In this document: positions 1 through 8,980 of the stretch, piece by piece
Layout of the letters: each line of letters begins with the position of its first letter
Position numbering within the stretch: position 1 is the stretch's first letter
Assembly: GCA_964440165.1 (NCBI GenBank)
Contig: CAYTQF010000002.1
Coordinates: 1 to 35,310, forward strand
DNA: 35,310 bases
Direction of reading: 5' to 3'
Origin: an uncultured Azospirillaceae bacterium
Lineage (GTDB): Bacteria > Pseudomonadota > Alphaproteobacteria > RF32 > CAG-239
Translations under genes and position numbers: made by a program
Notes under the pieces: model-generated
The model's input: only the letters and a program-made list of their open reading frames with translations
What the model was told of the DNA's origin: nothing
Database searches by the model: none

Positions 1-3
1 GTC

Positions 4-25
4 ATGCTCGGCTCCGACCGAGCAT
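4..25 (-). terminator. Hairpin downstream of the ABC permease gene; possible terminator, but any T-tract would lie outside the window
   Basis: Perfect inverted repeat ATGCTCGG-N6-CCGAGCAT, 48 nt past the stop at 73 on the minus strand. Confidence 0.25.
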
Positions 26-72
26 CCGGGTTAATAATATCGTACGAAACGCACTCGCCGTGTGGGTACAGG

Positions 73-1317
73 TTATTCGTAGCGAAGGGCGTTTATCGGG
101 TTAAGAAGGGAAGCTTTATAAGCCGGGAAAAAGCCGAAAAATAGACCGACCAGTCCGGAAAAAGAGAACGGCAGCAATATATAAAATAAGGATAATTCCG
201 TTTTCAGAGATGTTGAAAAATAGCTGACGGCTTCCGCTCCGACGATACCGACAATAACACCGGCTAATCCGCCGATTAGAGAAAGAACAAGAGATTCTGT
301 TAAAAATTGCCAACGGATATCCCATGAACGAGCGCCGATAGCCATACGAATACCGATTTCACGTGTTCTTTCGGTTACTGAAACCAGCATAATATTCATA
401 ATGCCGATACCGCCGACCAACAGGGATATAGAAGCGATAGACCCGAGTAATATTGTCATAATTTTTGTAGAATTTTGCATCATTTCCATCATTTGGGTCA
501 GATTCATTATGACAAAATCATCGTCTTTCGTGCTTCCTAAATTATGTCGTTGGCGGAGCAGGGCTCTGATTTCATCTTGAGCCGTATAGGTGCTGGCGGC
601 ATCTACGGCTTGCAGCATCACAAATTTGACTTGATCAGGAAAAGATACACCCATTAATTTTTTTTGAGCTGTGGAAATAGGAATAAATATGGCATCGTCC
701 TGATCTTGTCCCATACCGTTTTCGCCGCGTTTTTCCAAAACACCGATTACCACAAACGGAATACCCTTTACGCGAATAGTTTTATTAAGCGGATCAACAT
801 CCCCAAATAGTTCATTTACAACAGTTTGACCGAGAATGGCGGTTTTAGCGGCATTTTTTATGTCAGATTCACTGAACAGACGACCATACTTAAGATTCCA
901 GTCTTTGAGTTCAAAATAGCGGTTATCAGTCCCCGTAACCGTTGTGGACCAATTGGTCTTGCTGTAAATAATTTGAGCGGCTTCTTCCAAAATAGGGGCT
1001 GCCAAGCGAATTTGAGGAATTTTTTCTTGAATGGCATCGCCATCGCTGGATTTCATCGTGGGTTGGGAACCAAAACCGCCTCGAGCGCCGCCGGAAGTTG
1101 TTACTCCGGAACGAATAATGATGAGATTTGAGCCCATAGACTTCATATCATTCTGGATTGAAATTTGGGCACCGTTACCGATTGCCAGCATAATAATGAC
1201 TGCCGCCACACCGATGATAATACCGAGACTGGTCAAGACGGAACGCATTTTATTGGCTTTTATAGCACGAATTGCTATACTGAAAATCGTAGAAATTTCA
1301 ATACTATGCTTTGTCAT
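73..1317 (-). CDS. ABC transporter permease, MacB/FtsX family
   Basis: 414-aa ORF with an N-terminal TM helix, a large periplasmic domain and a C-terminal FtsX-like 3-TM bundle. It overlaps the upstream ATPase gene by 14 nt. Confidence 0.85.
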   Translation of the reverse strand: MTKHSIEISTIFSIAIRAIKANKMRSVLTSLGIIIGVAAVIIMLAIGNGAQISIQNDMKSMGSNLIIIRSGVTTSGGARGGFGSQPTMKSSDGDAIQEKIPQIRLAAPILEEAAQIIYSKTNWSTTVTGTDNRYFELKDWNLKYGRLFSESDIKNAAKTAILGQTVVNELFGDVDPLNKTIRVKGIPFVVIGVLEKRGENGMGQDQDDAIFIPISTAQKKLMGVSFPDQVKFVMLQAVDAASTYTAQDEIRALLRQRHNLGSTKDDDFVIMNLTQMMEMMQNSTKIMTILLGSIASISLLVGGIGIMNIMLVSVTERTREIGIRMAIGARSWDIRWQFLTESLVLSLIGGLAGVIVGIVGAEAVSYFSTSLKTELSLFYILLPFSFSGLVGLFFGFFPAYKASLLNPINALRYE

Positions 1318-1966
1318 ATTTATGTATTACTTTCTCATCTAGATTGATTTCACCATCTACAATATGAATGATTCTGTCGGCAAATCTGGCAATATCTTCT
1401 TCATGCGTAACTAAAATGATTGTGCGTTTTAATTCACGATTTAAACGCTGAAACAAGTGCATAATTTCTACACTCATTTTTGTATCCAGATTTCCGGTTG
1501 GTTCGTCGGCAAAAATAATTGGCGCGTCATTTACAATAGCCCTTGCGATAGCAACACGCTGCTGTTGTCCGCCGGATAATTGATTGGGTTGATGATGCAT
1601 GCGGCTTTCCAGTCCGACAGAAACAAGAGCCTTATAAGCTCGTTCGTTTCTTTCTTGCTTATTGATGCCGCCATAAACCATAGGTAGCTCAACATTTTCT
1701 AAAGCAGTAGTTCTGGAAAGTAGGTTAAATCCTTGAAAAACAAAGCCGATTGTCTGATTTCTGATTTCGGCTAATTCATCGGGTGAGAGGTTTTCTACGT
1801 TTTTGCCATTCAGAATATAAGAACCTTTACTGGGTTTATCGAGACAGCCTAAAATATTCATCAGTGTCGATTTACCGGAACCGGACGGTCCCATAATAGC
1901 GACAAACTCTCCTTGCTCTATACGTAAGCAGATATTTTTGAGAATAGGCAGCTCGCCATCTCCCAA
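1304..1966 (-). CDS. ABC transporter ATP-binding protein (MacB/LolD-type). The true 5' end is probably ATG 2007, in another frame (see finding).
   Basis: Walker [10 protein letters not shown], signature LSGGQQQR and Walker B IIFADEPT. The listed ORF starts at TTG and lacks the usual N-terminal strand. Confidence 0.9.
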   Translation of the reverse strand: MGDGELPILKNICLRIEQGEFVAIMGPSGSGKSTLMNILGCLDKPSKGSYILNGKNVENLSPDELAEIRNQTIGFVFQGFNLLSRTTALENVELPMVYGGINKQERNERAYKALVSVGLESRMHHQPNQLSGGQQQRVAIARAIVNDAPIIFADEPTGNLDTKMSVEIMHLFQRLNRELKRTIILVTHEEDIARFADRIIHIVDGEINLDEKVIHKYDKA

Positions 1967-2006
1967 AGGATACTTTTTGAAATATTTTTAAGCTCAATTA
2001 ATGACA

Positions 2007-3167
2007 TTAGCGTGGCATTCTCATTCTCATCTGTGGCTGGGCGACAGCGGCTGTATTGTTGCTTTCAAGAATAACATTTGTTCCAACGTTTAATTCACTG
2101 CCGAGAAGTTCTGTATTTTCGTCATCGGAAATGCCTGTCTGAACGACAACTCGTTCCGGTTTTCCGTTTTGTAAAATCCACACACCTTTATCTTTATAGC
2201 GTTTGGTATCGCCGTTTTCATCCGTAACATAGTACCGCAAAGCTTTATTGGGAACTAAAAGAATATCTTTTTTATCTGCTGTGATAATCTCAACATTTGC
2301 CGTCATGCCCGGTTTTAATTTTAATTCGGCATTATTAACCTCAATAATCACCGTATAAGTAACAACGTTTGACGTGGTAATTGCTTCATTTCTGACTTGG
2401 GTAACAACACCTTCAAAAATTTCATCGGGAAAACTGTCGACACTGAATTCTACTTTTTGTCCTTCTTGAACTTTGGCTATGTCCGCTTCAACAACAGAGG
2501 CTTCAATTTGCATTTTGGCTAAATCTTCAGCGACATAAAACAAAGTCGGGGTTTGAAAGCTTGCGGCGACGGTTTGTCCGACTTCCACTTCTTTAGAAAC
2601 AACAATCCCGTCAATCGGGGAGATGATTTTAGTATATTTCAGTTCCGTTTCGGCAGATTCCAGTTGGGCTTGAGCCTGCTGAATGGTGGCTTTTTGCAGA
2701 GCCAGTTGTGCAATGGCATTATTATATTCGCGTTCTGCCGTATCTAGTTCTTTAACGGAAGAATATTGGGAGGCGCGCAATTGTTTTTTGCGTTCAAGCT
2801 CTTTTTTGTAATAGATAATATCATTTTCGCTGATTTTGGCCTGTGCTTTGGCAACTTCAAGGTTTGCCCGGCATTTATCTACGGTTGCCTGAAAGAGAGC
2901 AGGGTCGATTTGTGCCAAAATTTGATCTTTTTTGACCTCGGAGTTATAATCGACATAGATTTCAGAAATAGTTCCGGATACCTGAGAGCCGATATTGACG
3001 GTAGAAATAGGATTGATTTGTCCGGTCGCCGTGATTTTCTCTATCAGACTGCCTTTTTCAATCGGTTTTGTGGTATAAAATGTCTGCTTGGCGGATTTTC
3101 CCGTCATTAAATATGCGACTCCGCCGATAACCGCAACAACTAACAGAAATTTTATGACTTTTTTCAT
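2007..3167 (-). CDS. Efflux periplasmic adaptor, HlyD/MacA family
   Basis: 386 aa with an N-terminal TM/signal anchor, a long coiled-coil hairpin and barrel-sandwich and beta-barrel regions. AGGAG lies upstream. It is the first gene of the operon. Confidence 0.85.
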   Translation of the reverse strand: MKKVIKFLLVVAVIGGVAYLMTGKSAKQTFYTTKPIEKGSLIEKITATGQINPISTVNIGSQVSGTISEIYVDYNSEVKKDQILAQIDPALFQATVDKCRANLEVAKAQAKISENDIIYYKKELERKKQLRASQYSSVKELDTAEREYNNAIAQLALQKATIQQAQAQLESAETELKYTKIISPIDGIVVSKEVEVGQTVAASFQTPTLFYVAEDLAKMQIEASVVEADIAKVQEGQKVEFSVDSFPDEIFEGVVTQVRNEAITTSNVVTYTVIIEVNNAELKLKPGMTANVEIITADKKDILLVPNKALRYYVTDENGDTKRYKDKGVWILQNGKPERVVVQTGISDDENTELLGSELNVGTNVILESNNTAAVAQPQMRMRMPR

Positions 3168-3257
3168 ATTATATTCAGCTCCTTCTGATATTTTATACTA
3201 ATATATAGGATATTTTTTCAGAAAAAAAATTTTTTTTTATTTATAACCAGAAAAAAC

Positions 3258-3286
3258 TTGCAACGTCAGCCATTTTTGTCTATACT
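3258..3286 (+). promoter_or_regulatory. Sigma70-like promoter for the 3330-4231 operon
   Basis: TTGCAA (3258-3263), 17-nt spacer, TATACT (3281-3286). The first ATG after the predicted start site is at 3330. Confidence 0.45.
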
Positions 3287-3329
3287 CAAAAAGGTAAACA
3301 TATTATTAATTCATATAATTCTTCACAAA

Positions 3330-3632
3330 ATGTCTAAAAAAGTAAAAACTGTAAGAAACGAAGTTCGCAACGAAGTCCGCGTCGCTACCGTCCGTATCAA
3401 GGAACTCTGCGCCGCCGAGAACATCACCGCCACCAACAAGTACGCCGTACTCAAGGACCTGATCAAAGCCGGCTCCGTAAACACGGAACGCGCTTGGACC
3501 TCCTGGGGCAAAGATGCCGAAGGCAACCGAGGCCTCGTGGTTATGAACGCTACCGCAACCGATATCAAGTTCTACACCACGCCGGACGAGAAGTTCTCTT
3601 CAATCAAAAATGCTAATGTTCCCGAAGCATGA
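3330..3632 (+). CDS. Hypothetical 100-aa protein with strongly C-ending codon usage
   Basis: Open frame from ATG 3330, with no SD. Its stop overlaps the next start (ATGA at 3629-3632). About 48 of 100 codons end in C by my count. Confidence 0.6.
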   Translation: MSKKVKTVRNEVRNEVRVATVRIKELCAAENITATNKYAVLKDLIKAGSVNTERAWTSWGKDAEGNRGLVVMNATATDIKFYTTPDEKFSSIKNANVPEA

Positions 3633-4231
3633 AAAAGCCTCAGAGAACAGAAGCTGAAATTGCTCAACTTCGCGCCGAACGCGCTGAAAAGAGAGCAAAG
3701 AGAGAAGCAGAACAGAAAATTCAGGAGGAACTGAACACACTGTTCCCTTCTGAGAAGGCAACCAAAGTGTGCCTCAAAAAACTGGCCGCATATCTCCGTG
3801 AACAACGTAAGCTGGCACTGGAGACGGGAACAGCCGAATTCATGTTGCCGGAAGACGTAAGAAAAACCATCATTTTTGCTTTTACTTATCTTGATTACGA
3901 CAAGTATCGCGATGAGCTGGGATTGGTTTCTATTGAAGGTCTGAAAATTCAAGACAAAGAGATAAAGAAATTTGTCTTTGACTTCAATGACAAACTGTTC
4001 TCTAAAGGCAAAGTGGACATGGGATGGATTTCCAAGTTTCTCAACAAAAAGTATGTTTCCCGCTATGGCTGGAAGCTGCTTCGAGATCATGCATCGGAAT
4101 TTTCCGTATGTTCAAAAATCGTTCTCAAGTTGTTGGAAGCATGGACTGAAAGTCCCGAGGTCTGGAAGCAATGGCATCGCCTTGCTGAAGAAGATGGCGG
4201 ACCTGTCGACTTAAGAGAGTTCTTCGCCTAG
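3629..4231 (+). CDS. Hypothetical 200-aa protein with a charged coiled-coil-like N-terminus
   Basis: Translationally coupled to the upstream gene and followed by a strong terminator. I recognise no motif. Confidence 0.65.
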   Translation: MKKPQRTEAEIAQLRAERAEKRAKREAEQKIQEELNTLFPSEKATKVCLKKLAAYLREQRKLALETGTAEFMLPEDVRKTIIFAFTYLDYDKYRDELGLVSIEGLKIQDKEIKKFVFDFNDKLFSKGKVDMGWISKFLNKKYVSRYGWKLLRDHASEFSVCSKIVLKLLEAWTESPEVWKQWHRLAEEDGGPVDLREFFA

Positions 4232-4238
4232 ACATTTA

Positions 4239-4276
4239 AAACTCTGATGACATATTGTCATCAGAGTTTTTTTTTG
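4239..4276 (+). terminator. Rho-independent terminator
   Basis: 14-bp perfect stem AAACTCTGATGACA / TGTCATCAGAGTTT, 3-nt loop, then a T-run. Confidence 0.9.
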
Positions 4277-4329
4277 TGCTTAACGTGGTATAAAGCTGAT
4301 TTAATTTGTTTATTGTGATGGAAAATAGC

Positions 4330-4357
4330 TTGAGATATTTGAAAAAAGATGTAAAAT
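4330..4357 (+). promoter_or_regulatory. Candidate metG promoter
   Basis: TTGAGA-N16-TAAAAT, about 45 nt upstream of the AGGAG SD and ATG 4400. Confidence 0.35.
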
Positions 4358-4399
4358 CCACACCAAAATATACGTTTAAATAAAGGAGAACTTGAATCA

Positions 4400-6094
4400 A
4401 TGTCTAGAATTTTAATTACATCCGCTTTGCCTTATGTTAACGGCATTCCCCATTTGGGACATATGGTCGGCTGTTTGCTGCCTTCCGATGTTTATGCGCG
4501 TTACATGCGGATGATGGGCAATGATGTTCTCTATATCTGCGGAACGGATGAACACGGTACACCTTCAGAAGTCGGTGCCGTAAAAGAAGGTATGGATGTT
4601 GGTGAATATTGTACTAAGTATCATAATCGTCATAAAAATGTATATAAAGAATTTAATCTTTCTTTTGATTATTTCGGTCGTACCAGCAGTCCTCAGAATG
4701 AGGAAATCGTATATCATATCTTTGATCAACTGGATAAAAACGGCTTTATTGAAGAAAAAAGCATCAAACAAGTCTTTTCCGTTGATGACAATCGTTTTTT
4801 GCCGGATCGTTATATTACGGGAACTTGCCCGCATTGCGGATATGATAAAGCGCGCGGCGATCAATGTGAAAATTGTACCAAAGTTTTGGAACCGACGGAT
4901 TTAATTAATCCGCGTTCGACAATTTCGGGCTCTACTAATCTGGAAGTTAGAGAAACAAAGCATTTATTTTTGAATTTACCGAAATTAGAGGCCGAACTGA
5001 GCGAATGGGTTAAAGGCAAAGAGCCTTATTGGCCGGACATTGCGTATTCAATAGCTCAAAAATGGCTGAAAGAAGGTTTGCAAGAACGTTGTATTACCCG
5101 TGATTTAAAATGGGGTTTCAGCGTGCCTAAAGAAGGTTTTGAAAATAAAGTCTTCTATGTTTGGTTTGATGCGCCGATCGGCTATATGGGAATTACCAAA
5201 CAGTGGGCCGATGAACAGTCCGGTCGGGATTGGAAATCTTGGTGGCTGGATGCAGATGATGTGTATTATGCTCAATTTATGGGAAAAGACAATGTTCCGT
5301 TCCACTCGATTTCTTTTCCGGCAACCTTATTAGGTACACGTGAAAATTGGACTAAAGTTGATTATCTGAAAGGCATGAGTTATCTGACTTTTGAAGGCGG
5401 AAAATTCTCAAAATCCGAACAACGAGGCATTTTTGCTGAAGATGCTGTTCAGGAATTTCCTGCAGATTATTGGCGCTATTGGTTAATGTCTAATGCTCCG
5501 GAATCTTCAGATTCTTCATTTACATTTGATTCCTTTGTCGGTACGGTTAATAAAGACTTGAACGGTGTCTTGGGTAATTTTGTGTCTCGTGTTTTGAAGA
5601 TGACAGCTTCTAAATTTGCACCGGAAGTTCCTGCCGGAGGAGAATTGGAAGCTCCTGAAAAAGAACTCATTGCCGCTTTGCAGGAAAAAGTTGATAATTA
5701 TTTGAAATATCTGAACACTATGGAATTCCGTAAAGCTTTAGGTGAATTACGTGCGATTTGGGTCGACGGCAATAACTATATTTCGGCAACAGAACCTTGG
5801 ACTGTTATTAAAGAAAATCCGGAACGTGCCGCTGCAATTTTACGCGTATGCATTAATTTGATTAGAATTTATGCGATTTTGAGCGCTCCCGTTATGCCGC
5901 AAACATCAGCCGCTATTATGAATAAATTAGGACTGACATTGGAAAATTGTTCATTAAAAGACTTTTCTGTAGCCAAAGAAATTAACGCATTGCAACCGGG
6001 ACATAAGTTTGAGGTCGGTGATGCTTTGTTTGAAAGGATTACACCGGAAAGAACAGAAGAATTAAAAGCAAAATATGGAAGTGATAAAAAATGA
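4400..6094 (+). CDS. metG: Methionine--tRNA ligase
   Basis: HIGH-type motif PHLGH, KMSKS-type motif KFSKS, and a CPHCG...CENC zinc knuckle. Confidence 0.95.
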   Translation: MSRILITSALPYVNGIPHLGHMVGCLLPSDVYARYMRMMGNDVLYICGTDEHGTPSEVGAVKEGMDVGEYCTKYHNRHKNVYKEFNLSFDYFGRTSSPQNEEIVYHIFDQLDKNGFIEEKSIKQVFSVDDNRFLPDRYITGTCPHCGYDKARGDQCENCTKVLEPTDLINPRSTISGSTNLEVRETKHLFLNLPKLEAELSEWVKGKEPYWPDIAYSIAQKWLKEGLQERCITRDLKWGFSVPKEGFENKVFYVWFDAPIGYMGITKQWADEQSGRDWKSWWLDADDVYYAQFMGKDNVPFHSISFPATLLGTRENWTKVDYLKGMSYLTFEGGKFSKSEQRGIFAEDAVQEFPADYWRYWLMSNAPESSDSSFTFDSFVGTVNKDLNGVLGNFVSRVLKMTASKFAPEVPAGGELEAPEKELIAALQEKVDNYLKYLNTMEFRKALGELRAIWVDGNNYISATEPWTVIKENPERAAAILRVCINLIRIYAILSAPVMPQTSAAIMNKLGLTLENCSLKDFSVAKEINALQPGHKFEVGDALFERITPERTEELKAKYGSDKK

Positions 6095-6906
6095 AAATAA
6101 AACGGGCTCGAGATACTGAAATAACGCCTTTGCACGGTTGGGCAAAGTTTTTTCATCGCTTGGGACGAATATTGTTGTTGCCGTTGCGTTATCCGGGATG
6201 GACTTTATTTATCTTGTTGATTATGTTTTTGGCGCCGACATTTAGAGGTGTTAAACCTGTTAATGTACCGAAATGGTATGCTTCTCAGGCTCAAATAAGT
6301 TACAACCGTTTTCTGGTTTGGTGGGGAACTCGTCCTGAAGAAGTTCAACCGGGTGATTTAACGTTTGTTCCGCCTCAGCCGGAACCTCAGACGGTTGTAG
6401 AGGTTAAACCTGAACCTGTAGAGATTGTCGCACCGGTTGAAGAACCTCAAAAAGATGTAAAAATTGAAGAGAAAAAAGAAACGAAACAGCCTCAAGAAGA
6501 ACCTGTTGTTGAGAAAAAAACAGAAATTATTCCTGCTAAAGAAATAAAAATACAACTGCCTGAAGATAGCTCTTTATATGAATATCCGTTGGATAAACGA
6601 GTATCTCAATTAAAGTATGTGGATTATCCGCACGAGATTGAAGGCAAGGCAACAGTATTTAACTCCAATGAAATTGAAATTAACGGAGAATATATATTGT
6701 TGTATGGTATTTATGTCCACCCGTATACAGCCCGTGGAACAAATGCTACGAAATACCTGAAAGAGCTGATTGAGAATAAAAACGTTAAATGTGGTATTGT
6801 TGCTTATACGGATCAAGAGTTGGCCACAGGCATCTGCTATTTTGGTAAAGAAAATTTGAACCGTAGTTTAGTCATCAAGGGATATAGTAAAAATATCGCT
6901 TTATAG
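6091..6906 (+). CDS. Membrane-anchored protein with a Pro/Glu-rich linker and a C-terminal SNase-like (thermonuclease-fold) domain, probably non-catalytic
   Basis: ATGA overlap with the metG stop, one TM helix and a PE-rich linker. The C-terminal pattern G.A.V....I.I.G....L.GI......G..A..YL..LI....V.C resembles SNase homologues, but no DAPE-type catalytic motif is present. Confidence 0.5.
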   Translation: MKIKRARDTEITPLHGWAKFFHRLGRILLLPLRYPGWTLFILLIMFLAPTFRGVKPVNVPKWYASQAQISYNRFLVWWGTRPEEVQPGDLTFVPPQPEPQTVVEVKPEPVEIVAPVEEPQKDVKIEEKKETKQPQEEPVVEKKTEIIPAKEIKIQLPEDSSLYEYPLDKRVSQLKYVDYPHEIEGKATVFNSNEIEINGEYILLYGIYVHPYTARGTNATKYLKELIENKNVKCGIVAYTDQELATGICYFGKENLNRSLVIKGYSKNIAL

Positions 6907-6924
6907 CGTGGGAGCCTGTAATAA

Positions 6925-8367
6925 ATGTGGCAGCCGGTTTTAATGATTGATGGATATTTAATGAGCATTTTGGGGTTATCAATGCTCATTCCTGCCGGAT
7001 ATGATATTTATGGCAGATACCAAGGATGGTTGCCTTTTGTCGGAGCTGCTGTTATCAGTCTGTTTGCCGGAATCATGCTGTTTTTAGCCAATAAAATGCC
7101 TGTAAAAAAAATCACATTGCCGCAAGGTTATTTGATTACGGTTGTTTGTTGGTTGTCTTTAACATTGTTGGCGTCTTTGCCGTTTTTATTATCCGGTACT
7201 TTTACTAATTTCAGTGATGCTTTTTTTGAAGCGATGTCAGGATTAACGGCGACCGGAGCAACGGTAATTGCTGATGTTGAAAAAGTACAGCCGTCAGTCC
7301 TATTATGGCGTTCTATGCTCAACGCTATGGGGGGTATCGGAATTGTTGTTTTTGCCGTAGCTTTGCTGCCGTTCCTCGGAATTGGCGGTATGCAGATTTT
7401 TCAGCATGAGAATTCAGATTCTGATGATAAATTTATGCCTAAATTTATTTATATTGCCAAACGTATTATCTGTGTTTATTTAGTTTTGCTTATTCTGTGT
7501 ATTATGGCTTTATATTTAGCCGGAATGCCTGTTTTTGATGCTGTTAATCACGGTATGACAACTATTTCAACCGGTGGATTGTCTATTAAAAATAATTCAA
7601 TCGGATATTATAAAAGTGTACCGATTGAAGCGGTTACGGTTATTTTTATGTTATGTGGCGCTTTGCCTATGACATTTTATGTAACATTATGGCAGAACAA
7701 AAATTTACGTTCTTCTCGAACTGTTCAAATTGTTGCTTTTTTTAAGGTTCTGGCCGTATATATATCAGGTATGGTTATTTGGCTGGTTTTAAAAAACGAT
7801 ATGTCATTATTTAATGCTTTGCGTTATGGAATATTTAATACTGTATCAATGGTTACAACGACCGGTTTTTCATCAACGGATTATCTGGCATGGGGAGCAT
7901 GGGCAGGAACGGTATTCTTGATTTTTAGTTTTATGGGCGGTTGTACCGGGTCTACCTCCGGTTCTGTTAAAATCTTCCGCTGGCAGGTTTTTTTGGCATA
8001 TTTAAAAAAATCCTTAATCGGAGCTACTGAGCCCAATCGTGTTATTCCGATTAAATTAGGTCATCTGAATATAGAAACGAGTTTAGTTACATCAATTTAT
8101 GTTTTTTTCGGAGCTTACTTGTTGTGTTTGGCCGGTGTAACATTATGTCTTGCTTTAGATGATTTGTCGTTCGGACAGGCATTTGCTGCTGCTGCTGCTT
8201 GTATGACCAATAGCGGCGTAGGGACATCCGAACAGATCGGCCCGTCCGGAAACTATGCCGATTTCTCACCTTATATTAAGCAAATACTGGCATTTGCAAT
8301 GTTAATCGGTAGATTGGAAGTTTTGACTGTTATTGTTATCTTTACACGTAATTTTTGGCGCAGATAG
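6925..8367 (+). CDS. trkH: Trk-type potassium uptake protein TrkH
   Basis: 480-aa polytopic membrane protein with repeated M1-P-M2 units (GLTATGAT, TISTGGLS, TTTGFSS, MTNSGVG selectivity-filter-like loops). Confidence 0.9.
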   Translation: MWQPVLMIDGYLMSILGLSMLIPAGYDIYGRYQGWLPFVGAAVISLFAGIMLFLANKMPVKKITLPQGYLITVVCWLSLTLLASLPFLLSGTFTNFSDAFFEAMSGLTATGATVIADVEKVQPSVLLWRSMLNAMGGIGIVVFAVALLPFLGIGGMQIFQHENSDSDDKFMPKFIYIAKRIICVYLVLLILCIMALYLAGMPVFDAVNHGMTTISTGGLSIKNNSIGYYKSVPIEAVTVIFMLCGALPMTFYVTLWQNKNLRSSRTVQIVAFFKVLAVYISGMVIWLVLKNDMSLFNALRYGIFNTVSMVTTTGFSSTDYLAWGAWAGTVFLIFSFMGGCTGSTSGSVKIFRWQVFLAYLKKSLIGATEPNRVIPIKLGHLNIETSLVTSIYVFFGAYLLCLAGVTLCLALDDLSFGQAFAAAAACMTNSGVGTSEQIGPSGNYADFSPYIKQILAFAMLIGRLEVLTVIVIFTRNFWRR

Positions 8368-8369
8368 GC

Positions 8370-8651
8370 TCAGTACATCAAAGTTTTAATTCTTCCGTCA
8401 GACAGCCAAATATCTATTCCTGTATTTATCATTTTTTTTAATGCCTCGGCTTCTTGTTTTGATTGTAGTTTCCCCCAGCTTTGTAATTCATCAACGGAAA
8501 GTTCTGTTATAAAATTGGAGAATTCCAAAACAAGATTAGTATTTCTTGGATAATTTCCCGTATTTTGAAAGAGATTATTCTCAAAATACCAAAAAAGTTC
8601 ATCAGCTTTTAGTTTTGTTTTATATGTTATTTTCATTTTTAATAGTCCCAT
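8370..8651 (-). CDS. Hypothetical 93-aa protein, the only gene of the leftward operator-controlled transcript
   Basis: The ORF is preceded by a TTGACT-N16-TATATG promoter overlapped by two ATAAC-N5-GTTAT operators. Its stop is 2 bp from the trkH stop. Confidence 0.5.
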   Translation of the reverse strand: MGLLKMKITYKTKLKADELFWYFENNLFQNTGNYPRNTNLVLEFSNFITELSVDELQSWGKLQSKQEAEALKKMINTGIDIWLSDGRIKTLMY

Positions 8652-8663
8652 TTGTCTTTATGT

Positions 8664-8712
8664 ATAACATATAGTTATTAAAAAATGAAAGTCAAATATA
8701 ACTAATTGTTAA
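8664..8712 (-). promoter_or_regulatory. Leftward promoter with two repressor-operator copies
   Basis: ATAAC-atata-GTTAT (8664-8678) and ATAAC-taatt-GTTAA (8698-8712). On the minus strand the -35 is TTGACT (8695-8690) and the -10 is TATATG (8673-8668). Confidence 0.5.
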
Positions 8713-8737
8713 TAACTTGATTGAGATGTAAAATAAA

Positions 8738-8980
8738 TTACAATTTTATGTTGTTGCAATTTTGAAGAAGTTTTTGTTCAATATCTTGCAGCAGTTGTTC
8801 GTAAGTAAATTGAGTAATATTTTTATAGGAGTAATAATTGTACTGCTTACGGTATTCCAAATGAATTTTAGAGGCTTTTTTATGTTCGCATTCAGCTAAT
8901 TGCAAAATTTTTTGATGGATAATTTCCGCATCTTTTGCGGTTATTAGTGTGAGTTTATCAACCGGAATGTTGTCGGCTCT
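8738..8980 (-). pseudogene. 80-codon open frame with no Met; apparent C-terminal part of the membrane protein at 8979-9176, displaced by 1 nt at a T9 run
   Basis: My hand translation gives RADNIPVDKLTLITAKDAEIIHQKILQLAECEHKK...NCNNIKL with no stop and no ATG. Removing one T from the T9 run fuses it to the upstream ORF. Confidence 0.45.

Noticed and set aside
826-1347. Plus-strand ORFs inside the permease gene (826-1131, 1031-1342, 1165-1347), and similar antisense ORFs within metG, trkH, tpiA, secG, pyrG, parC and the phage genes
   Set aside because: All lie fully within well-supported genes on the opposite strand or in another frame, and none has translation signals. They are typical spurious frames.
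3323-4090. Minus-strand ORFs 3323-3568 (81 aa) and 3572-4090 (172 aa), antisense to the two-gene operon
   Set aside because: They are shadow frames of a GC-richer coding region. They have no promoter, SD or terminator in that orientation, and their sequences are low-complexity and Phe/Leu-rich. The plus-strand genes have a promoter, ATGA coupling and a downstream terminator.
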